Of a stretch of 64,000 nt of DNA, positions 1 through 12,800 are shown piece by piece (the first letter of the stretch is position 1; every line of letters starts with the position of its first letter). Position numbers and translations under genes: made by a program. The stretch spans positions 22,258,001 to 22,322,000 of the forward strand of contig OZ059897.1 of the NCBI GenBank assembly GCA_964057225.1, given 5' to 3'. This stretch comes from Auanema rhodensis. Lineage: Eukaryota; Animalia; Nematoda. Below the pieces are notes generated by a model, which saw only the letters and a list, made by a program, of their open reading frames with translations, had not been told where the DNA came from and made no database searches.

Positions 1-176
1 TAATTAAATGTACACGTGATGTGCACTTGGTATGTAACTCGCTTCACGTGAAAGATAAAGAGATGCGGTTTTCAAAATTAGATTCCCCATGTCCATATTA
101 GTCTAAAAACAAATTTTTATTGATATTGGTGAATGGTAACCATGACTTTGAAATTTACGTGAACTTTAATTTATGC
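1..176 (+). repeat. Representative monomer (M1)
   Basis: Matches consensus except GA at 131-132. The consensus has 56/176 G+C and five CpGs (15, 40, 47, 66, 158). Confidence 0.98.
43..52. other. Perfect 10-bp palindrome TTCACGTGAA with E-box/G-box core CACGTG, present in nearly every monomer
   Basis: Read directly. A second CACGTG lies at 13-18 and a TACGTGAA at 156-163. Function not shown. Confidence 0.9.
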
Positions 177-834
177 TAATTAAATGTACACGTGATGTGC
201 ACTTGGTATGTAACTCGCTTCACGTGAAAGATGAAGAGATGCGGTTTTCAAAATTAGATTCCCCATGTCCATATTAGTCTAAAAACAAATTTTTATTGAT
301 ATTGGTGCATGGTAACCATGACTTTGAAATTTACGTGAACTTTAATTTATGCTAATTAAATGTACACGTGATGTGCACTTGGTATGTAACTCGCTTCACG
401 TGAAAGATAAAGAGATGCGGTTTTCAAAATTAGATTCCCCATGTCCATATTAGTCTAAAAACAAATTTTTATTGATATTGGTGAATGGTAACCATGACTT
501 TGAAATTTACGTGAACTTTAATTTATGCTAATTAAATGTACACGTGATGTGCACTTGGTATGTAACTCGCTTCACGTGAAAGATGAAGAGATGCGGTTTT
601 CAAAATTAGATTCCCCATGTCCATATTAGTCTAAAAACAAATTTTTATTGATATTGGTGCATGGTAACCATGACTTTGAAATTTACGTGAACTTTAATTT
701 ATGCTAATTAAATGTACACGTGATGTGCACTTGGTATGTAACTCGCTTCACGTGAAAGATAAAGAGATGCGGTTTTCAAAATTAGATTCCCCATGTCCAT
801 ATTAGTCTAAAAACAAATTTTTATTGATATTGGT

Positions 835-849
835 TCATGGTAACCATGA
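835..849. other. 15-bp interrupted palindrome TCATGGT-A-ACCATGA (monomer positions 131-145; example in M5), containing BstEII site GGTNACC
   Basis: The reverse complement of ACCATGA is TCATGGT. It shortens to 13 bp in monomers with G at 131. Confidence 0.9.
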
Positions 850-3800
850 CTTTGAAATTTACGTGAACTTTAATTTATGCTAATTAAATGTACACGTGAT
901 GTGCACTTGGTATGTAACTCGCTTCACGTGAAAGATAAAGAGATGCGGTTTTCAAAATTAGATTCCCCATGTCCATATTAGTCTAAAAACAAATTTTTAT
1001 TGATATTGGTTCATGGTAACCATGACTTTGAAATTTACGTGAACTTTAATTTATGCTAATTAAATGTACACGTGATGTGCACTTGGTATGTAACTCGCTT
1101 CACGTGAAAGATAAAGAGATGCGGTTTTCAAAATTAGATCCCCCATGTCCATATTAGTCTAAAAACAAATTTTTATTGATATTGGTGCATGGTAACCATG
1201 ACTTTGAAATTTACGTGAACTTTAATTTATGCTAATTAAATGTACACGTGATGTGCACTTGGTATGTAACTCGCTTCACGTGAAAGATAAAGAGATGCGG
1301 TTTTCAAAATTAGATTCCCCATGTCCATATTAGTCTAAAAACAAATTTTTATTGATATTGCTTCATGGTAACCATGACTTTGAAATTTACGTGAACTTTA
1401 ATTTATGCTAATTAAATGTACACGTGATGTGCACTTGGTATGTAACTCGCTTCACGTGAAAGATAAAGAGATGCGGTTTTCAAAATTAGATTTCCCATGT
1501 CCATATTAGTCTAAAAACAAATTTTTATTGATATTGGTTCATGGTAACCATGACTTTGAAATTTACGTGAACTTTAATTTATGCTAATTGAATGTACACG
1601 TGATGTGCACTTGGTATGTAACTCGCTTCACGTGAAAGATAAAGAGATGCGGTTTTCAAAATTAGATTCCCCATGTCCATATTAGTCTAAAAACAAATTT
1701 TTATTGATATTGGTTCATGGTAACCATGACTTTGAAATTTACGTGAACTTTAATTTATGCTAATTAAATGTACACGTGATGTGCACTTGGTATGTAACTC
1801 GCTTCACGTGAAAGATAAAGAGATGCGGTTTTCAAAATTAGATCCCCCATGTCCATATTAGTCTAAAAACAAATTTTTATTGATATTGGTGCATGGTAAC
1901 CATGACTTTGAAATTTACGTGAACTTTAATTTATGCTAATTAAATGTACACGTGATGTGCACTTGGTATGTAACTCGCTTCACGTGAAAGATAAAGAGAT
2001 GCGGTTTTCAAAATTAGATTCCTCATGTACATATTAGTCTAAAAACAAATTTTTATTGATATTGGTTCATGGTAACCATGACTTTGAAATTTACGTGAAC
2101 TTTAATTTATGCTAATTAAATGTACACGTGATGTGCACTTGGTATGTAACTCGCTTCACGTGAAAGATAAAGAGATGCGGTTTTCAAAATTAGATTCCCC
2201 ATGTCCATATTAGTCTAACAACAAATTTTTATTGATATTGGTGCATGGTAACCATGACTTTGAAATTTACGTGAACTTTAATTTATGCTAATTAAATGTA
2301 CACGTGATGTGCACTTGGTATGTAACTCGCTTCACGTGAAAGATAAAGAGATGCTGTTTTCAAAATTAGAATCCCCATGTCCATATTAGTCTAAAAACAA
2401 ATTTTTATTGATATTGGTGCATGGTAACCATGACTTTGAAATTTACGTGAACTTTAATTTATGCTAATTAAATGTACACGTGATGTGCACTTGGTATGTA
2501 ACTCGCTTCACGTGAAAGATAAAGAGATGCGGTTTTCAAAATTAGATTCCAAATGTCCATATTAGTCTAAAAACAAATTTTTATTGATATTGCTTCATGG
2601 TAACCATGACTTTGAAATTTACGTGAACTTTAATTTATGCTAATTAAATGTACACGTGATGTGCACTTGGTATGTAACTCGCTTCACGTGAAAGATGAAG
2701 AGATGCTGTTTTCAAAATTAGATTCCCCATGTCCATATTAGTCTAAAAACAAAATTTTATTGATATTGGTGCATGGTAACCATGACTTTGAAATTTACGT
2801 GAACTTTAATTCATGCTAATTAAATGTACACGTGATGTGCACTTGGTATGTAACTCGCTTCACGTGAAAGATAAAGAGATGCGGTTTTTAAAATTAGATT
2901 CCCCATGTCCATATTAGTCTAAAAACAAATTTTTATTGATATTGGTTCATGGTAACCATGACTTTGAAATTTACGTGAACTTTAATTTATGCCAATTAAA
3001 TGTACACGTGATGTGCACTTGGTATGTAACTCGCTTCACGTGAAAGATAAAGAGATGCGGTTTTCAAAATTAGATTCCCCATGTCCATATTAGTCTAAAA
3101 ACAAATTTTTATTGATATTGGTGAATGGTAACCATGACTTTGAAATTTACGTGAACTTTAATTTATGCTAATTAAATGTACACGTGATGTGCACTTGGTA
3201 TGTAACTCGCTTCACGTGAAAGATGAAGAGATGCGGTTTTCAAAATTAGATTCCCCATGTCCATATTAGTCTAAATACAAATTTTTATTGATATTGGTTC
3301 ATGGTAACCATGACTTTGAAATTTACGTGAACTTTAATTTATGCTAATTAAATGTACACGTGATGTGCACTTGGTATGTAACTCGCTTCACGTGAAAGAT
3401 AAAGAGATGCGGTTTTCAAAATTAGATTCCCCATGTCCATATTAGTCTAAAAACAAATTTTTATTGATATTGGTTCATGGTAACCATGACTTTGAAATTT
3501 ACGTGAACTTTAATTTATGCTAATTAAATGTACACGTGATGTGCACTTGGTATGTAACTCGCTTCACGTGAAAGATAAAGAGATGCGGTTTTCAAAATTA
3601 GATTCCCCATGTCCATATTAGTCTAAAAACAAATTTTTATTGATATTGGTGCATGGTAACCATGACTTTGAAATTTACGTGAACTTTAATTTATGCTAAT
3701 TAAATGTACACGTGATGTGCACTTGGTATGTAACTCGCTTCACGTGAAAGATAAAGAGATGCGGTTTTCAAAATTAGATTCCCCATGTCCATATTAGTCT

Positions 3801-6800
3801 AAAAACAAATTTTTATTGATATTGGTTCATGGTAACCATGACTTTGAAATTTACGTGAACTCTAATTTATGCTAATTAAATGTACACGTGATGTGCACTT
3901 GGTATGTAACTCGCTTCACGTGAAAGATAAAGAGATGCGGTTTTCAAAATTAGATTCCCCATGTCCATATTAGTCTAAAAACAAATTTTTATTGATATTG
4001 GTTCATGGTAACTATGACTTTGAAATTTACGTGAACTTTAATTTATGCTAATTAAATGTACACGTGATGTGCACTAGGTATGTAACTCGCTTCACGTGAA
4101 AGATAAAGAGATGCGGTTTTCAAAATTAGATTCCCCATGTCCATATTAGTCTAAAAACAAATTTTTATTGATATTGGTTCATGGTAACTATGACTTTGAA
4201 ATTTACGTGAACTTTAATTTATGCTAATTAAATGTACACGTGATGTGCACTAGGTATGTAACTCGCTTCACGTGAAAGATAAAGAGATGCGGTTTTCAAA
4301 ATTAGATTCCCCATGTCCATATTAGTCTAAAAACAAATTCTTATTGATATTGGTGCATGGTAACCATGACTTTGAAATTTACGTGAACTTTAATTTATGC
4401 TAATTAAATGTACACGTGATGTGCACTTGGTATGTAACTCGCTTCACGTGAAAGATAAAGAGATACGGTTTTCAAAATTAGATTCCTCATGTCCATATTA
4501 GTCTAAAAACAAATTTTTATTGATATTGGTTCATGGTAACCATGACTTTGAAGTTTACGTGAACTTTAATTTATGCTAATTAAATGTACACGTGATGTGC
4601 ACTTGGTATGTAACTCGCTTCACGTGAAAGATAAAGAGATGCGGTTTTCAAAATTAGATTCCCCATGTCCATATTAGTCTAAAAACAAATTTTTATTGAT
4701 ATTGGTGCATGGTAACCATGACTTTGAAATTTACGTGAACTTTAATTTATGCTAATTAAATGTACACGTGATGTGCACTTGGTATGTAACTCGCTTCACG
4801 TGAAAGATAAAGAGATGCGGTTTTCAAAATTAGATTCCCCATGTCCATATTAGTCTAAAAACAAATTTTTATTGATATTGGTGCATGGTAACCATGACTT
4901 TGAAATTTACGTGAACTTTAATTTATGCTAATTAAATGTACACGTGATGTGCACTTGGTATGTAACTCGCTTCACGTGAAAGATGAAGAGATGCTGTTTT
5001 CAAAATTAGATTCCCCATGTCCATATTAGTCTAAAAACAAAATTTTATTGATATTGGTGCATGGTAACCATGACTTTGAAATTTACGTGAACTTTAATTC
5101 ATGCTAATTAAATGTACACGTGATGTGCACTTGGTATGTAACTCGCTTCACGTGAAAGATAAAGAGATGCGGTTTTCAAAATTAGATTCCCCATGTCCAT
5201 ATTAGTCTAAAAACAAATTTTTATTGATATTGGTTCATGGTAACCATGACTTTGAAATTTACGTGAACTTTAATTTATGCTAATTAAATGTACACGTGAT
5301 GTGCACTTGGTATGTAACTCGCTTCACGTGAAAGATAAAGAGATGCGGTTTTCAAAATTAGATTCCCCATGTCCATATTAGTCTAAAAACAAATTTTTAT
5401 TGATATTGGTGAATGGTAACCATGACTTTGAAATTTACGTGAACTTTAATTTATGCTAATTAAATGTACACGTGATGTGCACTTGGTATGTAACTCGCTT
5501 CACGTGAAAGATGAAGAGATGCGGTTTTCAAAATTAGATTCCCCATGTCCATATTAGTCTAAAAACAAATTTTTATTGATATTGGTGCATGGTAACCATG
5601 ACTTTGAAATTTACGTGAACTTTAATTTATGCTAATTAAATGTACACGTGATGTGCACTTGGTATGTAACTCGCTTCACGTGAAAGATAAAGAGATGCGG
5701 TTTTCAAAATTAGATTCCCCATGTCCATATTAGTCTAAAAACAAAATTTTATTGATATTGGTGCATGGTAACCATGACTTTGAAATTTACGTGAACTTTA
5801 ATTCATGCTAATTAAATGTACACGTGATGTGCACTTGGTATGTAACTCGCTTCACGTGAAAGATAAAGAGATGCGGTTTTTAAAATTAGATTCCCCATGT
5901 CCATATTAGTCTAAAAACAAATTTTTATTGATATTGGTTCATGGTAACCATGACTTTGAAATTTACGTGAACTTTAATTTATGCTAATTAAATGTACACG
6001 TGATGTGCACTTGGTATGTAACTCGCTTCACGTGAAAGATAAAGAGATGCGGTTTTCAAAATTAGATTCCCCATGTCCATATTAGTCTAAAAACAAATTT
6101 TTATTGATATTGGTGAATGGTAACCATGACTTTGAAATTTACGTGAACTTTAATTTATGCTAATTAAATGTACACGTGATGTGCACTTGGTATGTAACTC
6201 GCTTCACGTGAAAGATGAAGAGATGCGGTTTTCAAAATTAGATTCCCCATGTCCATATTAGTCTAAAAACAAATTTTTATTGATATTGGTTCATGGTAAC
6301 CATGACTTTGAAATTTACGTGAACTTTAATTTATGCTAATTAAATGTACACGTGATGTGCACTTGGTATGTAACTCGCTTCACGTGAAAGATAAAGAGAT
6401 GCGGTTTTCAAAATTAGATCCCCCATGTCCATATTAGTCTAAACACAAATTTTTATTGATATTGGTGCATGGTAACCATGACTTTGAAATTTACGTGAAC
6501 TTTAATTTATGCTAATTAAATGTACACGTGATGTGCACTTGGTATGTAACTCGCTTCACGTGAAAGATAAAGAGATGCGGTTTTCAAAATTAGATTCCCC
6601 ATGTCCATATTAGTCTAAAAACAAATTTTTATTGATATTGGTTCATGGTAACCATGACTTTGAAATTTACGTGAACTTTAATTTATGCTAATTAAATGTA
6701 CACGTGATGTGCACTTGGTATGTAACTCGCTTCACGTGAAAGATAAAGAGATGCGGTTTTCAAAATTAGATTCCCCATGTCCATATTAGTCTAAAAACAA

Positions 6801-9800
6801 ATTTTTATTGATATTGGTTCATGGTAACTATGACTTTGAAATTTACGTGAACTTTAATTTATGCTAATTAAATGTACACGTGATGTGCACTTGGTATGTA
6901 ACTCGCTTCACGTGAAAGATAGAGAGATGCGGTTTTCAAAATTAGATTCCCCATGTCCATATTAGTCTAAAAACAAATTTTTATCAATATTGGTTCATGG
7001 TAACCATGACTTTGAAATTTACGTGAACTTTAATTTATGCTAATTAAATGTACACGTGATGTGCACTTGGTATGTAACTCGCTTCACGTGAAAGATAAAG
7101 AGATGCTGTTTTCAAAATTAGATTCCCCATGTCCATATTAGTCTAAAAACAAAATTTTATTGATATTGGTGCATGGTAACCATGACTTTGAAATTTACGT
7201 GAACTTTAATTCATGCTAATTAAATGTACACGTGATGTGCACTTGGTATGTAACTCGCTTCACGTGAAAGATAAAGAGATGCGGTTTTTAAAATTAGATT
7301 CCTCATGTCCATATTAGTCTAAAAACAAATTTTTATTGATATTGGTTCATGGTAACCATGACTTTGAAATTTACGTGAACTTTAATTTATGCTAATTAAA
7401 TGTACACGTGATGTGCACTTGGTATGTAACTCGCTTCACGTGAAAGATAAAGAGATGCGGTTTTCAAAATTAGAATCCCCATGTCCATATTAGTCTAAAA
7501 ACAAATTTTTATTGATATTGGTTCATGGTAACCATGACTTTGAAATTTACGTGAACTTTAATTTATGCTAATTAAATGTACACGTGATGTGCACTTGGTA
7601 TGTAACTCGCTTCACGTGAAAGATAAAGAGATGCGGTTTTCAAAATTAGAATCCCCATGTCCATATTAGTCTAAAAACAAATTTTTATTGATATTGGTGC
7701 ATGGTAACCATGACTTTGAAATTTACGTGAACTTTAATTTATGCTAATTAAATGTACACGTGATGTGCACTTGGTATGTAACTCGCTTCACGTGAAAGAT
7801 GAAGAGATGCGGTTTTCAAAATTAGATTCCCCATGTCCATATTAGTCTAAAAACAAATTTTTATTGATATTGGTTCATGGTAACCATGACTTTGAAATTT
7901 ACGTGAACTTTAATTTATGCTAATTAAATGTACACGTGATGTGCACTTGGTATGTAACTCGCTTCACGTGAAAGATAAAGAGATGCTGTTTTCAAAATTA
8001 GATTCCCCATGTCCATATTAGTCTAAAAACAAAATTTTATTGATATTGGTGCATGGTAACCATGACTTTGAAATTTACGTGAACTTTAATTCATGCTAAT
8101 TAAATGTACACGTGATGTGCACTTGGTATGTAACTCGCTTCACGTGAAAGATAAAGAGATGCGGTTTTTAAAATTAGATTCCTCATGTCCATATTAGTCT
8201 AAAAACAAATTTTTATTGATATTGGTTCATGGTAACCATGACTTTGAAATTTACGTGAACTTTAATTTATGCTAATTAAATGTACACGTGATGTGCACTT
8301 GGTATGTAACTCGCTTCACGTGAAAGATAAAGAGATGCGGTTTTCAAAATTAGATTCCCCATGTCCATATTAGTCTAAAAACAAATTTTTATTGATATTG
8401 CTTCATGGTAACCATGACTTTGAAATTTACGTGAACTTTAATTTATGCTAATTAAATGTACACGTGATGTGCACTTGGTATGTAACTCGCTTCACGTGAA
8501 AGATAAAGAGATGCGGTTTTCAAAATTAGATTCCCCATGTCCATATTAGTCTAAAAACAAATTTTTATTGATATTGGTTCATGGTAACTATGACTTTGAA
8601 ATTTACGTGAACTTTAATTTATGCTAATTAAATGTACACGTGATGTGCACTAAGTATGTAACTCGCTTCACGTGAAAGATAAAGAGATGCGGTTTTCAAA
8701 ATTAGATTCCCCATGTCCATAGTAGTCTAAAAACAAATTTTTATTGATATTGGTGCATGGTAACCATGACTTTGAAATTTACGTGAACTTTAATTTATGC
8801 TAATTAAATGTACACGTGATGTGCACTTGGTATGTAACTCGCTTCACGTGAAAGATAAAGAGATGCGGTTTTTAAAATTAGATTCCCCATGTCCATATTA
8901 GTCTAAAAACAAAATTTTATTGATATTGGTTCATGGTAACCATGACTTTGAAATTTACGTGAACTTTAATTTATGCTAATTAAATGTACACGTGATGTGC
9001 ACTTGGTATGTAACTCGCTTCACGTGAAAGATAAAGAGATGCGGTTTTCAAAATTAGATTCCCCATGTCCATATTAGTCTAAAAACAAAATTTTATTGAT
9101 ATTGGTGCATGGTAACCATGACTTTGAAATTTACGTGAACTTTAATTCATGCTAATTAAATGTACACGTGATGTGCACTTGGTATGTAACTCGCTTCACG
9201 TGAAAGATAAAGAGATGCGGTTTTTAAAATTAGATTCCCCATGTCCATATTAGTCTAAAAACAAAATTTTATTGATATTGGTTCATGGTAACCATGACTT
9301 TGAAATTTACGTGAACTTTAATTTATGCTAATTAAATGTACACGTGATGTGCACTTGGTATGTAACTCGCTTCACGTGAAAGATAAAGAGATGCGGTTTT
9401 CAAAATTAGATTCCCCATGTCCATATTAGTCTAAAAACAAATTTTTATTGATATTGGTGAATGGTAACCATGACTTTGAAATTTACGTGAACTTTAATTT
9501 ATGCTAATTAAATGTACACGTGATGTGCACTTGGTATGTAACTCGCTTCACGTGAAAGATGAAGAGATGCGGTTTTCAAAATTAGATTCCCCATGTCCAT
9601 ATTAGTCTAAAAACAAATTTTTATTGATATTGCTTCATGGTAACCATGACTTTGAAATTTACGTGAACTTTAATTTATGCTAATTAAATGTACACGTGAT
9701 GTGCACTTGGTATGTAACTCGCTTCATGTGAAAGATAAAGAGATGCGGTTTTCAAAATTAGATTCCCCATGTCCATATTAGTCTAAAAACAAATTTTTAT

Positions 9801-12800
9801 TGATATTGGTGCATGGTAACCATGACTTTGAAATTTACGTGAACTTTAATTTATGCTAATTAAATGTACACGTGATGTGCACTTGGTATGTAACTCGCTT
9901 CACGTGAAAGATGAAGAGATGCGGTTTTCAAAATTAGATTCCCCATGTCCATATTAGTCTAAAAACAAATTTTTATTGATATTGGTTCATGGTAACCATG
10001 ACTTTGAAATTTACGTGAACTTTAATTTATGCTAATTAAATGTACACGTGATGTGCACTTGGTATGTAACTCGCTTCACGTGAAAGATAAAGAGATGCGG
10101 TTTTCAAAATTAGATCCCCCATGTCCATATTAGTCTAAAAACAAATTTTTATTGATATTGGTGCATGGTAACCATGACTTTGAAATTTACGTGAACTTTA
10201 ATTTATGCTAATTAAATGTACACGTGATGTGCACTTGGTATGTAACTCGCTTCACGTGAAAGATAAAGAGATGCGGTTTTCAAAATTAGATTCCCCATGT
10301 CCATATTAGTCTAAAAACAAAATTTTATTGATATTGGTGCATGGTAACCATGACTTTGAAATTTACGTGAACTTTAATTCATGCTAATTAAATGTACACG
10401 TGATGTGCACTTGGTATGTAACTCGCTTCACGTGAAAGATAAAGAGATGCGGTTTTTAAAATTAGATTCCCCATGTCCATATTAGTCTAAAAACAAATTT
10501 TTATTGATATTGGTTCATGGTAACTATGACTTTGAAATTTACGTGAACTTTAATTTATGCTAATTAAATGTACACGTGATGTGCACTAGGAATGTAACTC
10601 GCTTCACGTGAAAGATAAAGAGATGCGGTTTTCAAAATTAGATTCCCCATGTCCATATTAGTCTAAAAACAAATTTTTATTGATATTGGTGAATGGTAAC
10701 CATGACTTTGAAATTTACGTGAACTTTAATTTATGCTAATTAAATGTACACGTGATGTGCACTTGGTATGTAACTCGCTTCACGTGAAAGATGAAGAGAT
10801 GCGGTTTTCAAAATTAGATTCCCCATGTCCATATTAGTCTAAAAACAAATTTTTATTGATATTGGTTCATGGTAACCATGACTTTGAAATTTACGTGAAC
10901 TTTAATTTATGCTAATTAAATGTACACGTGATGTGCACTTGGTATGTAACTCGCTTCACGTGAAAGATAAAGAGATGCGGTTTTCAAAATTAGATCCCCC
11001 ATGTCCATATTAGTCTAAAAACAAATTTTTATTGATATTGGTGCATGGTAACCATGACTTTGAAATTTACGTGAACTTTAATTTATGCTAATTAAATGTA
11101 CACGTGATGTGCACTTGGTATGTAACTCGCTTCACGTGAAAGATAAAGAGATGCGGTTTTCAAAATTAGATTCCCCATGTCCATATTAGTCTAAAAACAA
11201 ATTTTTATTGATATTGCTTCATGGTAACCATGACTTTGAAATTTACGTGAACTTTAATTTATGCTAATTAAATGTACACGTGATGTGCACTTGGTATGTA
11301 ACTCGCTTCACGTGAAAGATAAAGAGATGCGGTTTTCAAAATTAGATTCCCCATGTCCATATTAGTCTAAAAACAAATTTTTATTGATATTGGTTCATGG
11401 TAACTATGACTTTGAAATTTACGTGAACTTTAATTTATGCTAATTAAATGTACACGTGATGTGCACTAGGTATGTAACTCGCTTCACGTGAAAGATAAAG
11501 AGATGCGGTTTTCAAAATTAGATTCCCCATGTCCATATTAGTCTAAAAACAAATTTTTATTGATATTGGTGCATGGTAACCATGACTTTGAAATTTACGT
11601 GAACTTTAATTTATGCTAATTAAATGTACACGTGATGTGCACTTGGTATGTAACTCGCTTCACGTGAAAGATAAAGAGATGCGGTTTTCAAAATTAGATT
11701 CCCCATGTCCATATTAGTCTAAAAACAAATTTTTATCAATATTGGTTCATGGTAACCATGACTTTGAAATTTACGTGAACTTTAATTTATGCTAATTAAA
11801 TGTACACGTGATGTGCACTTGGTATGTAACTCGCTTCACGTGAAAGATAAAAAGATGCGGTTTTCAAAATTAGATTCCCCATGTCCATATTAGTCTAAAA
11901 ACAAATTTTTATTGATATTGCTTCATGGTAACCATGACTTTGAAATTTACGTGAACTTTAATTTATGCTAATTAAATGTACACGTGATGTGCACTTGGTA
12001 TGTAACTCGCTTCATGTGAAAGATAAAGAGATGCGGTTTTCAAAATTAGATTCCCCATGTCCATATTAGTCTAAAAACAAATTTTTATTGATATTGGTTC
12101 ATGGTAACCATGACTTTGAAATTTACGTGAACTTTAATTTATGCTAATTAAATGTACACGTGATGTGCACTTGGTATGTAACTCGCTTCACGTGAAAGAT
12201 AAAGAGATGCGGTTTTCAACATTAGATTCCCCATGTCCATATTAGTCTAAAAACAAATTTTTATTGATATTAGTTCATGGTAACCATGACTTTGAAATTT
12301 ACGTGAACTTTAATTTATGCTCATTAAATGTACACGTGATGTGCACTTGGTATGTAACTCGCTTCACGTAAAAGATGAAGAGATGCGGTTTTCAAAATTA
12401 GATTCCCCATGTCCATATTAGTCTAAAAACAAATTTTTATTGATATTGGTTCATGGTAACCATGACTTTGAAATTTACGTGAACTTTAATTTATGCTAAT
12501 TAAATGTACACGTGATGTGCACTTGGTATGTAACTCGCTTCACGTGAAAGATAAAGAGATGCGGTTTTCAAAATTAGATTCCCCATGTCCATATTAGTCT
12601 TAAAACAAATTTTTATTGATATTGGTTCATGGTAACCATGACTTTGAAATTTACGTGAACTTTAATTTATGCTAATTAAATGTACACGTGATGTGCACTT
12701 GGTATGTAACTCGCTTCACGTGAAAGATAAAGAGATGCGGTTTTCAAAATTAGATTCCCCATGTCCATATTAGTCTAAAAACAAATTTTTATTGATATTA

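Noticed and set aside
39-70. Canonical CENP-B box
   Set aside because: The TTCG....A..CGGG core is not present on either strand of the consensus.
70-153. TTTCAAA/TTTGAAA as terminal inverted repeats of a MITE
   Set aside because: Only 7 AT-rich bp, no target-site duplication, and expected by chance.
1-176. 5S rRNA, tRNA or snRNA tandem gene unit
   Set aside because: No recognisable 5S sequence, cloverleaf or Pol III A/B/C boxes.
1-176. Identity with known satellites of similar size (Brassica CentBr, Arabidopsis CEN178, primate alpha satellite, honeybee AluI)
   Set aside because: No similarity that I can recognise; the consensus lacks AAGCTT and AGCT sites. A database search is still needed.
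833-850. RFX X-box-like motif (CATGGTAAC)
   Set aside because: Only a half-site match to GTTRCCATGGYAAC; too weak to call a regulatory site.
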